A stretch of DNA of 62,097 nucleotides from Candidatus Uhrbacteria bacterium (GCA_016187515.1 JACPJN010000001.1:1-62097), one strand, 5' to 3'; counted from the first letter of the stretch, positions 1 to 8,654 are shown. Notes: generated from the sequence alone by a model not told the origin. Translations and numbers: made by a program.

Positions 1-117
1 AAACAAGAACTTATCCGATTCGTGAACTACTACAATACCGTTAAACCGCACAAAGGCATCAACAATCTTACCCCCATGGAACAACTAATTAATTACTTTT
101 ATCCGCAAAAACTGTGA
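1..117 (+). mobile_element. C-terminal fragment of an IS-type DDE transposase (rve integrase-core tail), cut by the window edge
   Basis: Frame 1 is open from base 1 to TGA 115-117. The translation KQELIRFVNYYNTVKPHKGINNLTPMEQLINYFY has the YN-x-x-(R/K)PH...TP tail typical of IS481/IS3-like transposases. Confidence 0.55.
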
Positions 118-147
118 ACAACGCGACTAAATCCTACAAATTATGGT

Positions 148-453
148 ATGAAATCCGCACTAATTACAAGACCAAACGATAAAGGCCAAATTGTCATTCC
201 TAAAGATATGACAGAGCAACTTGGTATTGGAAACAAAATTCCGCTTCATTTAGTAGTGATGGGGAATAGTATTTGTATTTATCCCGCTTGGAGGGCGTTG
301 AGCGCGATAGAAAGGGAAAGAGCGCCATCCTACATGAAGATTCTCGAAAAGACGAGAGGTGCGTGGGGCGACGACTCTGGGGAATCACTGAAAAAAAAGA
401 AAAGGACATTAGAACTGTCTGCCTCCAAAAAGCGACGACTTGCATGGTCATAA
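148..453 (+). CDS. AbrB/SpoVT-fold antitoxin (VapB/MazE-like)
   Basis: 101-aa ORF. The N-terminal GQIVIPKDMTEQLGIG resembles the AbrB looped-hinge motif. Its stop (451-453) overlaps the start of the PIN gene. Confidence 0.6.
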   Translation: MKSALITRPNDKGQIVIPKDMTEQLGIGNKIPLHLVVMGNSICIYPAWRALSAIERERAPSYMKILEKTRGAWGDDSGESLKKKKRTLELSASKKRRLAWS

Positions 454-830
454 TTGATACGAGTATTATTATCGATCATTTGCGTGAGCGGGGTGAACGA
501 GAGACCCCGCTTATGTCTATTGCGCGAACGATGCCGCGAGAGACGCTTTGTATTTCGATTATTACGATCCAAGAACTCTACGAGGGAAGGAGTACAAAAA
601 ATACCGAGAAAGAACAATATCTTCGCGTCACGATCGCTCCGCTTAGAGTTTTGGCGTACACGGATGAAATTGCTCAGTTGGCCGGAGAGGTTGCGCGAGA
701 TCGAACACAACCTATTGAATTTGCGGATGCCGCTATTGCCGCAACTGCAATTATACATAGCGCTTCGTTGTATACGCTCAATATCAAGGATTTTCGGGGG
801 ATTGAAAAATTGGAATTGTGGAAGCAGTAA
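444..830 (+). CDS. vapC: PIN-domain toxin VapC
   Basis: Internal ATG 444 of ORF 273..830. MVIIDTSIIIDHL... carries acidic residues in PIN spacing, and the gene overlaps the antitoxin by 10 nt. Confidence 0.8.
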   Translation: MVIIDTSIIIDHLRERGERETPLMSIARTMPRETLCISIITIQELYEGRSTKNTEKEQYLRVTIAPLRVLAYTDEIAQLAGEVARDRTQPIEFADAAIAATAIIHSASLYTLNIKDFRGIEKLELWKQ

Positions 831-837
831 GTTTTTT

Positions 838-2214
838 ATGGTACACAAAATTCCAAACGCGTACATAATCGCCGTCACCATGGGTTATGGGCATTTGCGT
901 CCGGCGTATGCTTTGCGCGACATGGCCGCACCCTTGCCGGGAATAAAAAAGCCGGAGCATAACGGAGTAATTTCCGCGGACGATTATCCGGGAATTCCAG
1001 AGGAGGACAAGAAGATGTGGGAAACGATTCGCAAGGGGTACGAGTTTGTGTCGCGGTTCAAGCGGATTCCGGTAATCGGGGACGCGACATTCAAACTGAT
1101 GGATCACATGCAAGAGATTGCCGGATTTTATCCTCGCCGCGATTTAACCAGGCCGATCTGGCAACTCAAGGCCACCGTGCGCACGATTGAAAAGAAACAA
1201 TGGGGTAAGCACTTGATCGCGCGGTTAAATAAGCGTCCTTTGCCGCTGGTCACTACTTTTTTTACCATTGCGCATATGGCCGAGTATTGGGGCTATCGCG
1301 GGCCGATTTATTGCGTGGTTACGGATACGGATATTTCGCGCAGCTGGGTCGCGCTGGATCCGCGGGGGAGCAAGATAATTTACTGCGCGCCGTCTTATCG
1401 GGTGGCCGAGCGGCTGAAACTATACGGAGTAAATCCGCGCCGAGTTTATTTAACCGGATTTCCACTGCCCAAAGAAAATATTGGCCATAATACGGAGGTG
1501 GAAATTTTACGGCGCGACCTGGCCGCGCGGATGCTTAATCTTGATCCGGCGCAGCGGTATTTGCGAGTTCACGAAAAGCACGTTGCCGAACGCTTAGGAT
1601 TAAAACGTTTACCGCTTCGCCCGACCCACCCCTTAACGCTGACTTTTGCGGTTGGCGGCGCCGGCGCGCAGCGCGAGATTGGCGCGGCGATTTTAAAGAG
1701 TTTGCGGCGGCACATTCTGGAGGGGCGCATCCGGGTGAATTTAATCGCGGGCACGAATGCGGAAGTGCGGGATTATTTTGCGGAGCGTACCCGCTTAACT
1801 TTACCCTCTGCTGATGGAAAGTTTGGCGGGGTGTGTGTCCAATTTTCAAAAACCAAAGCGCAGTACTTTGTGCAGTTTAATAAACTTCTGCGCACCACCG
1901 ACATCCTTTGGACAAAACCGTCCGAACTCTCGTTTTTTGCCGGGCTGGGTCTGCCAATCATTATTGCTCCGCCCATTGGTTCGCAAGAAGATTATAATAA
2001 GGCCTGGCTGATGACGCTTGACGCGGGGGTGCCGCAAGAAGATCCGAAGTACGCATCCGAGTGGCTCTTTGACTGGCTGCGTTCTGGATTTCTAGCCAAA
2101 GCCGCCATGGCCGGCTACCGCGAGGCCTTCAAATTCGGGACTTTCAACATTGAGCGGCTGGTCTCCGACCATCCGCGCGAGATGAAACTGGTGGAGACGG
2201 TTTCGCCGTATTGA
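838..2214 (+). CDS. GT-B-like glycosyltransferase (MGDG-synthase/MurG-like); function tentative
   Basis: ATG 838 was chosen because the upstream part of ORF 454..2214 overlaps vapC. The N-terminal IAVTMGYGHLRPA resembles the Gly-rich loop of MGDG-synthase-type enzymes. Confidence 0.55.
   Translation: MVHKIPNAYIIAVTMGYGHLRPAYALRDMAAPLPGIKKPEHNGVISADDYPGIPEEDKKMWETIRKGYEFVSRFKRIPVIGDATFKLMDHMQEIAGFYPRRDLTRPIWQLKATVRTIEKKQWGKHLIARLNKRPLPLVTTFFTIAHMAEYWGYRGPIYCVVTDTDISRSWVALDPRGSKIIYCAPSYRVAERLKLYGVNPRRVYLTGFPLPKENIGHNTEVEILRRDLAARMLNLDPAQRYLRVHEKHVAERLGLKRLPLRPTHPLTLTFAVGGAGAQREIGAAILKSLRRHILEGRIRVNLIAGTNAEVRDYFAERTRLTLPSADGKFGGVCVQFSKTKAQYFVQFNKLLRTTDILWTKPSELSFFAGLGLPIIIAPPIGSQEDYNKAWLMTLDAGVPQEDPKYASEWLFDWLRSGFLAKAAMAGYREAFKFGTFNIERLVSDHPREMKLVETVSPY
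1790..1831. repeat. Hairpin repeat element inserted in frame in gene 838..2214
   Basis: CCCGCTTAACTTTACCCTCTGCTGATGGAAAGTTTGGCGGGG is the reverse complement (few mismatches) of the intergenic copy at 49726-49767. Here it is read as LTLPSADGKFGG. Confidence 0.75.
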
Positions 2215-2292
2215 CCCCGCGCCTTAAGAATGGCCATGGAATTACTAAATATCCACTTGACAAATTATACGGGTAAATTGTAAAGTGGAGTT

Positions 2293-3462
2293 ATGCAATA
2301 TATAACCCGCGACGCCGAGCTGATTCTTGCCAAATTTCTTGCTACGAACAAGGTGCTTTTGGTATTAGGCGCGCGTCAGGTGGGGAAGACCACTCTCCTG
2401 GAGCATGAGCTGATAAAAGACCAGAGTGTGTTTTTGAATTTGGATATCGAGATTGATAAAGCACAGCTTACGGCGCGAGCCGCGCTTGCTCCTCCGGATG
2501 CGCTTAAAAGTTTGGGATCGCCCAAGGTGCTGGTAGTTGATGAAGCCCAGCGTTTCCCGGAGATAGGACAACTGGTGAAGGGGTGGTATGATACAAAGCT
2601 TCCGGTGAAAATCATATTACTGGGGTCTTCCAGCGTGAATCTGATGGATAAGATTGCGGAGGCGCTTACCGGCCGGAATGAAAAATTGTATCTTCCGCCG
2701 TTGACTTTCCGCGAAGTGGCGCGCGCGCAATCATGGTACAAGTCCCCCTATACCAAAACCATACTCCTCCAGAATTTCGGCAGACAACTCCAGGCAGTAA
2801 TGCGGGAAGCGCTGGTGTTTGGAAGTTATCCCGAAACCATTGCCGTGGCAGAGGCGCGCGCGCAGTATCTTTTGAATCTCGCGAGCGATTATGTGCTTAA
2901 AGATGTGCTCCAGCTGGGTTTGGTAAAATCTCCGGATACCATTCGCCGACTCCTGCTTTTGCTTGCGCATCAAATTGGAGCAGAGGTTTCCATTACTGAA
3001 CTCGCGCAAAATCTGCACCTTGCGCGGCAAACAGTTACGCATTATTTGGATCTTCTGGAAAGAAGTTTTGTAATATTCCGTTTGCCGGCGTTTAGTACCA
3101 ATCAGCGCAAGGAAATCGCGAAGAATAGCAAGATTTATTTTTGGGATACAGGGGTGCGTAACGCGCTCCTTAAAGAATTTTCCATAAGCGAGTTACGCGC
3201 GGATATCGGAGCGCTTTGGGAGAATTGGGTGGTTGCCGAGTTTGCGAAACAGAATCTTTTGGCCGGCGGAATGGATACCCTTTATTTTTGGAGGACCACC
3301 GCCGGAAGTGAAGTTGATCTGGTGATAAAAAGAAAAGGCGCTCTGCGCGCGTTTGAGATTTCCTGGTCAAAAAAGAAACGCACCCCGCTTACATTTACCC
3401 GTCTTTATAAAATACCGGTGGCTATGATTACCAGGGATTCATTTGGCGAGTATTTTCTTTAA
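2293..3462 (+). CDS. AAA+ ATPase with DUF4143-type C-terminal domain
   Basis: 389 aa with Walker A GARQVGKTT and Walker B LVVDEAQ. The C-terminal half has the layout of AAA_14/DUF4143 proteins. Confidence 0.8.
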   Translation: MQYITRDAELILAKFLATNKVLLVLGARQVGKTTLLEHELIKDQSVFLNLDIEIDKAQLTARAALAPPDALKSLGSPKVLVVDEAQRFPEIGQLVKGWYDTKLPVKIILLGSSSVNLMDKIAEALTGRNEKLYLPPLTFREVARAQSWYKSPYTKTILLQNFGRQLQAVMREALVFGSYPETIAVAEARAQYLLNLASDYVLKDVLQLGLVKSPDTIRRLLLLLAHQIGAEVSITELAQNLHLARQTVTHYLDLLERSFVIFRLPAFSTNQRKEIAKNSKIYFWDTGVRNALLKEFSISELRADIGALWENWVVAEFAKQNLLAGGMDTLYFWRTTAGSEVDLVIKRKGALRAFEISWSKKKRTPLTFTRLYKIPVAMITRDSFGEYFL

Positions 3463-3483
3463 AATATACTCTTGCGGCGCGCT

Positions 3484-3568
3484 TTGGGACTCTTAACATT
3501 GAGCGACTGGCGGCGGGGGAAGCTCATGCAATGAAGCTGGTTGAAACGGTCTCTGTCGCCGTATTGAC
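3484..3568 (+). pseudogene. Relic copy of the 3' end of a gene like 838..2214
   Basis: Translates FGTLNIERLAAGEAHAMKLVETVS, versus FGTFNIERLVSDHPREMKLVETVSPY* at 2134-2214. The frame is broken by a 4-nt indel before the shared TCGCCGTATTGAC. Confidence 0.75.
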
Positions 3569-3645
3569 TTTTTGTCAAGACCGCGTAAGATTAACCATTA
3601 ACTAAGCAGACAGCGATCGGAGCGGGCAAAACAAGCAATTGCAAT

Positions 3646-6129
3646 ATGCCTGAATATGGCGAACGCCATCGCGAGGGTGGCGAATCACACAATCCAGAAG
3701 CAAATTTATCCGCGCGACATCGGGAATTGTACGAATTAGTGCGGCAAGAGGCGGAAGCGCGGTCCGACTTGCCTTCCGGAACTTTTGAGTTTGAGCACTC
3801 GCGGCGAGGGTACGGGAGGGTACGCTGCGCGCCTGTCTATCCCGGAGATCGATACCTACTCGACGGATACTTTAGTGATGGATTAAGGGTACATTATGAA
3901 ATTCAACTGGACCTTGTCAAAGCTGGCGCGTCACAAGAACCACGCGTTCAAACGCGTGAAGGCGCGAAGGTGGGGACGCTGACTGCCACTCGGCTTGATC
4001 GCGGTATGAACATAGTGCTCACAGCCGAGGCCGCGGCGGTGCAGGATTTTCGCGGACGCCGGGTGATGCGTGATAAAGATGGAAATCCGTTTCAACCGGA
4101 CGGTGTGCATGTTAAAGATAAAAAGGGTCGTGAAGAGGTGATGACCCGTGCGCAATTTGAAAGAGGAGTTAAGGATTTGGATGAACTTCTTAAGCGCGCC
4201 GTAGAGTGGTGGAAGGTTGATAGAGGCGAAGTCGAAAAATCCCATGAATCCGTCTCTCGTCTTGCTGATATCAATACCGAGTTCAATCGGTGGCTTGATG
4301 AACAGGGCATTGACGATAAACTCAACCGGGTGGAGTGGCCCAAAGGGACGTTCGCCTTGGTTCAAGAAGGTAAGGTGCTTGGTCAAGGATCGGTAAGTGC
4401 GCCGGTCCATAATTTAGTCCTGGAGGCGCGCGCTGCTGATGGATTTACAGTACGGTACGATTTAACACGTGAATCCATAGATGAACTGAAAACACAAGCG
4501 AAGATTCGCGGTGTTGTGGAAACTACCTCGATTATACACGAAGGGAAGTTTAGCATAGCTACGGCTGATAGTCCGCAATGGGGTATCATTAAAGCAAGGG
4601 TTGTGCATACAAGATCATTTGATGATGCACACAAGCCCTGGAAACATGCGGATTCCAGTCAACCATTGTTGACGACATCAAATCTGCATGGCCGTTCGCC
4701 GGTGAGGTTCAAGGGAGACGGTGTGCATATTGCGCATAAAGATGAACGCCAATGGCGTAATCAATTACATGAGCTTCAAGAAAAAGTGTTCCAAGGACTT
4801 GGATTAGAGCGGGATTTTAGTACAGCGCGTCACTTATTTCAACATCAACCATATTTTTCCCAGTCACTCGCCTCTCTAAGAAGAGAACTTAAGCAAGAAG
4901 ACCCTAAGTTGGCCGTATCGCGATTACGTGAACTATGGGATGCGTTTAAAAATGAGCAAAAGGCGCAGAGGCGCGCGCGAGTACGGCAGACGGGCGACTC
5001 GTCTCGGAGTTCAATTGGTTCGTTCCCAGATCATCTTGACCCAGGACCTCCCCCTGCTGAAAGTAGGATGGACCATCAAGAGTATCGTGCAACGCTGGAG
5101 CGGGCGCAGCAGTTGATGCAGGCAGCGGTTGCGGAAGTTAAAAAGGGGAGATCAAGACCCGAAGATCCGGAAACGCCACCAACACCTGCCCCTGCCAAAC
5201 AAATTGCAAAACCAGAACCTGCGCATGCACCCGAGCGCAAGGAAGGCGAGCATAAGATGCGGTTTTGGCAATGGCGGTATGGGAAAGTAGTGCAGCATGA
5301 AAGGGGGCCAATAGCAGCTGGTAGTGAACATAATATTACAGGCATGAGCACGGGTGTGCCACGCGATCTTTGGCCTGCTCTGCTTCCCTCTCGGATAGGG
5401 ATCGGCGGTTCAGATGTTTATCATTGGGGTGATTATCCCTGGCGTGAAAAAGGCGGCGGGATTGTCAAGAAAACAGTCAGAATGAGCGGGGCTTCATATG
5501 TTGTATGCGCGCGGGTAAACGGCCGGTCAGAAACCGGTGAAGGGGTGCGTGGCCGTTTCTATACTGAAGCGCGCTATTGGGTAATTCCGGAAGATCAATG
5601 GTCGATTGTCGCCGTGGCGCAACTGGCAGATCGACTGCAAGCCGAACCAGCCACGGCTGAAGAGATGGAACGCACTCAAGGCAGTCTTGAGCCGGTTGAG
5701 ATGACTGACGCGGTATTTGATAAGCCGCTTCCGGACGGCTGGTTTGATGACACTATCCGACGTATGATTGAAAATCTGGTGGCCAAGCGTCCGCTTAATC
5801 TTCCTTCAACAACAACGTCAATCCAAACGTATCTGGAAAAATTGTTTTACACGCTCATCTGCCTTCCGGAGAACGCGGCAAAGAAGATTGATTTTGGGAC
5901 TGGGTTAATCGTAGGGCACTATCCTCATAACATTCCCATGGGGCTCAAGGTGGGCGGACTTATCACCGGACGCGAACAACTAGATCCTTTAACTGTAAAC
6001 GCGTATAGTCAGGAAGTAGCGGCACGCATCCAATCCTGCAAAACTCCGCGCGAGGTGATGAAAGCGGTGCAGGCAATTCCAGGCGAGCTTTTGAAAAAAG
6101 TGGAGCAGAATCTTGATTCGTTAAAATGA
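3646..6129 (+). CDS. Orphan 827-aa protein with an internal module duplication
   Basis: Long uninterrupted ORF with no motif I recognise. An N-terminal module is repeated: LPSGTFEFE...APVYPG...DGLRVHYEI...DGVHV versus WPKGTFALV...APVHNL...DGFTVRYDL...DGVHI. Confidence 0.7.
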   Translation: MPEYGERHREGGESHNPEANLSARHRELYELVRQEAEARSDLPSGTFEFEHSRRGYGRVRCAPVYPGDRYLLDGYFSDGLRVHYEIQLDLVKAGASQEPRVQTREGAKVGTLTATRLDRGMNIVLTAEAAAVQDFRGRRVMRDKDGNPFQPDGVHVKDKKGREEVMTRAQFERGVKDLDELLKRAVEWWKVDRGEVEKSHESVSRLADINTEFNRWLDEQGIDDKLNRVEWPKGTFALVQEGKVLGQGSVSAPVHNLVLEARAADGFTVRYDLTRESIDELKTQAKIRGVVETTSIIHEGKFSIATADSPQWGIIKARVVHTRSFDDAHKPWKHADSSQPLLTTSNLHGRSPVRFKGDGVHIAHKDERQWRNQLHELQEKVFQGLGLERDFSTARHLFQHQPYFSQSLASLRRELKQEDPKLAVSRLRELWDAFKNEQKAQRRARVRQTGDSSRSSIGSFPDHLDPGPPPAESRMDHQEYRATLERAQQLMQAAVAEVKKGRSRPEDPETPPTPAPAKQIAKPEPAHAPERKEGEHKMRFWQWRYGKVVQHERGPIAAGSEHNITGMSTGVPRDLWPALLPSRIGIGGSDVYHWGDYPWREKGGGIVKKTVRMSGASYVVCARVNGRSETGEGVRGRFYTEARYWVIPEDQWSIVAVAQLADRLQAEPATAEEMERTQGSLEPVEMTDAVFDKPLPDGWFDDTIRRMIENLVAKRPLNLPSTTTSIQTYLEKLFYTLICLPENAAKKIDFGTGLIVGHYPHNIPMGLKVGGLITGREQLDPLTVNAYSQEVAARIQSCKTPREVMKAVQAIPGELLKKVEQNLDSLK

Positions 6130-6160
6130 AACTCGTGGAAACCGTGTCGCTGTATTGACA
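6126..6160 (+). pseudogene. Second relic of the same gene 3' end (MKLVETVSLY*)
   Basis: ATGAAACTCGTGGAAACCGTGTCGCTGTATTGA matches the last 10 codons of gene 838..2214, with third-position differences. Confidence 0.7.
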
Positions 6161-6183
6161 AGATCTTACATCTGCGATATAAT
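6155..6183 (+). promoter_or_regulatory. Consensus sigma70-type promoter
   Basis: TTGACA (6155-6160), 17-nt spacer, TATAAT (6178-6183). The -35 overlaps the relic stop codon. Confidence 0.7.
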
Positions 6184-6256
6184 GGATTAATTATGAGGCC
6201 AGGGGCAGATTCGCCTTTGGCAGAGAATAAATCTTAAACTTAAATAAGGTCAGCAT

Positions 6257-6598
6257 ATGGGCGAACACGAATCAATAGAGAAACAATTAATCATTGAGGC
6301 CGCAAATAAGACGCTTAAGGCGCTTGATAACGTAATGGCAAGAATGGGCGAGTTGGGTAAGGGGGATACCTTAGGGCTTCGGCACGGCTCAAAGGGAGGC
6401 GGCCAAACTCCTTACGAGTGGATCAACACTCGGCATATTGTGGGGAAAGTGGACAAGGGTGAGCTTGCGCAGGTTCAATCTTCGTTACACAATATGCTTG
6501 GAAGCGAGCTGGCGCGGGCGGATAAAGAAGTTCATTCATCTTTACAAGACGCGCTTAATGCCCTGAAAGAAATGGAACAATTTGCGGTTGAAAAATAA
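6257..6598 (+). CDS. Hypothetical protein (113 aa)
   Basis: ORF downstream of the 6155 promoter. Helical/charged composition, no recognisable motif. Confidence 0.55.
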   Translation: MGEHESIEKQLIIEAANKTLKALDNVMARMGELGKGDTLGLRHGSKGGGQTPYEWINTRHIVGKVDKGELAQVQSSLHNMLGSELARADKEVHSSLQDALNALKEMEQFAVEK

Positions 6599-6620
6599 AA
6601 CCAATAACCAATAATGTTAT

Positions 6621-6902
6621 ATGGTCACCACCAATGATTTATTGGCGAAAGTGAATATACACAGTATTGCAGAAGAAGGAAAAAAAATTTATGCGCGGAT
6701 AAAAAACGAATACGATCCCAAGGAGAAAGGGAAGTTTTTGGCAATTGATATTGAGAGTAAGCATGGGTATTTAGGAACTACGAGTGCGGAAGCTCTGGCG
6801 CAAGCCCGCGAGCATCACCCGGATCGAGTATTCTATGTGGTAAAGATCGGATATGATGTTGCCGAAACAATGGTTCAGTCATTTTTGAAATTACACGCGT
6901 AA
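6621..6902 (+). CDS. Small partner protein of the downstream retropepsin-like protease (93 aa)
   Basis: The ORF ends 4 nt before the protease start, so the two look translationally linked. Confidence 0.55.
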   Translation: MVTTNDLLAKVNIHSIAEEGKKIYARIKNEYDPKEKGKFLAIDIESKHGYLGTTSAEALAQAREHHPDRVFYVVKIGYDVAETMVQSFLKLHA

Positions 6903-6906
6903 GTTT

Positions 6907-7272
6907 ATGGTGGAGGGGTACTTTGCGCAAGACATTCCTTTTGTACGTGTCAATCTTGCATGGGGCGATTCGATACAATCTCCATTTACGGTTTTAGATA
7001 CAGGGTTTACGGGTGACCTTCAAGTAACTCCCACTATTGCGCAAGAGCTTGGCCTGCAAGTTGCAGGAGTTATTCAGACGCAAGTTGCCAATGAGGATGT
7101 TGTTGAAATGCCTGTCGCGCTGGCCGTGGCCGGTATGGAGGGCATTTCGCGATATGTCCAAGTACTCATCTCCAATAGCATGCCACTTGCCGGTATCGGG
7201 TTGTTATCAAAATTTTCTTACAAAGCAATCGTTGATTGCCGAAAGATGACAGTACAGCTTGAGCGAGCGTAA
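6907..7272 (+). CDS. Clan AA (retropepsin-like) aspartic protease, DTGF type
   Basis: 121 aa. FTVLDTGFTGDLQV carries the D-T-G-F catalytic motif at the position and size expected for single-domain retropepsin-like proteases. Confidence 0.7.
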   Translation: MVEGYFAQDIPFVRVNLAWGDSIQSPFTVLDTGFTGDLQVTPTIAQELGLQVAGVIQTQVANEDVVEMPVALAVAGMEGISRYVQVLISNSMPLAGIGLLSKFSYKAIVDCRKMTVQLERA

Positions 7273-7387
7273 TGGTTTATGGCCGGAGCGGCGCTTATCG
7301 TCGCGACCGGTGTGTTTGTTATCAGTCTGCTTATTTTTATACTGTATTTTGTGTCAGGGGATTGATCCCGTTTGCGGTTCCCCGTCC

Positions 7388-7416
7388 TTGACTTTATCAT
7401 TATTTTATGATATAGT
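7388..7416 (+). promoter_or_regulatory. Promoter giving a near-leaderless mRNA
   Basis: TTGACT-N17-TATAGT. The -10 ends 8 nt before ATG 7425. Confidence 0.6.
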
Positions 7417-7424
7417 TTTAAACT

Positions 7425-8645
7425 ATGAGATTTGGTGATTTTTTCAAAGGGCGGGAGGGGCGCGCGGCTGCGGCGCGTCAGCACGAGGCCAAGCAGGCGC
7501 TGGGGGCAATTGATGCGATTGCCGATCCGGCGCGCGCTGATCTGGGCGCATTAGGTATTACCGCAAAGAATTTGCAAGCTGCTCTTGAAGCAGCTTCTTT
7601 GTCTTTAGAACAAGAGCGGAGAATACTCGCCTTGGCCAATCGGCCGGAAATTAAAGAACAATTGCCGCCGGTGGCGTATCCTGACTTAAAGCCCACCGCG
7701 CCGTTGCCGGACCGAGAAACCCTGGACGAAGCGCTGGAGCCGCTCAATGATCAGGAGATGGCGCGCGCGCTTGAAACATTTGGCGAGGATTTTGCAAAGG
7801 GTCGTTTGCCGACGTTTGTAATGGGCCACGTGATCGCGAGAAATAGTGTTCGTTTGTCCCCTGACCACTTGAGGGTGATGCCTGCTTATTTAAGGCCGCA
7901 GGCGGAACGCGACCCGGAGGGCACGCTTAGAAAACTATGGGACAGGACTTCCGGAGAATACCCGGTGTGGATTGATCGCTTGGTACCCGGTTACGATCAG
8001 GCGCGTCAGTATTTCGGACAACCTACTTATGATAGTTTAATGACCAAGCCGGGATGGGCATTTCCCGAAGGAGTTTATATACATGAGCGTTTACGCGCCC
8101 GTCCGGATGCCACTTTAGAGCAAGATCGGCAAGCCGTAGGAGGTCCGCAAAAGCGGGTCTGCCGCACTACTCTAAAAGATGTTTATTTGCCGCGGCAGAA
8201 AACCTATGAAGCCGCTCTGCCCCAGTCCCCAGCCCATCTTGATAAAAAACTGGGGAAAGTCGTGCGCGCGGTGGATCATGAGGTCGAAGCCGTAAAAATA
8301 CTGGAAATTCGGATTGCTGACAATACGCGAACAATTAGGACTGAACCGCGGTCGCAGTATCTGTCCGTTACCATACTGTTAGGTCCGAGCAATCGCGCGC
8401 AGGAAGGGCTTGCGCGGGAATCACCATATCGCACCTACTTGCGCGCGCTGCGCACCAATCCGGGATTTTTCCTGGAGGCGTTGCGGAAGCACGCGCCGGA
8501 GGTATTTGAGGTGGGCAATGGCCGGAAGTTTTATGGGGAAGAAGGGGAGCAGTGGGAGCCGGATATCATGACCATGCATTTGAACGTGCCCGAGCTTAAG
8601 GCCGTGGGCGAGCCGGCCGAGAAGCCGTTTCGGAAAATGAAGTGA
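7425..8645 (+). CDS. Hypothetical protein (406 aa)
   Basis: Long ORF directly behind the promoter. No recognisable motif. Confidence 0.65.
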   Translation: MRFGDFFKGREGRAAAARQHEAKQALGAIDAIADPARADLGALGITAKNLQAALEAASLSLEQERRILALANRPEIKEQLPPVAYPDLKPTAPLPDRETLDEALEPLNDQEMARALETFGEDFAKGRLPTFVMGHVIARNSVRLSPDHLRVMPAYLRPQAERDPEGTLRKLWDRTSGEYPVWIDRLVPGYDQARQYFGQPTYDSLMTKPGWAFPEGVYIHERLRARPDATLEQDRQAVGGPQKRVCRTTLKDVYLPRQKTYEAALPQSPAHLDKKLGKVVRAVDHEVEAVKILEIRIADNTRTIRTEPRSQYLSVTILLGPSNRAQEGLARESPYRTYLRALRTNPGFFLEALRKHAPEVFEVGNGRKFYGEEGEQWEPDIMTMHLNVPELKAVGEPAEKPFRKMK

Positions 8646-8654
8646 AATTCAGAA

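Noticed and set aside
454-837. N-terminal 128 codons of ORF 454..2214
   Set aside because: This part overlaps vapC in another frame and translates to Arg/Leu/Cys-rich sequence. The conserved-looking protein begins at ATG 838, 8 nt after the vapC stop.
330-881. Long antisense and overlapping ORFs throughout the track (for example 330..881 -, 10845..11765 -, 11926..12477 -, 40161..40979 -, 41564..42241 -, 27713..28666 +)
   Set aside because: Each lies opposite or out of frame within a gene with clear conserved motifs (vapC, hrcA/grpE, dnaK, hom, aspartokinase, the protease). They have low-complexity Arg/Pro/Gly-rich translations typical of shadow ORFs in GC-rich coding DNA.
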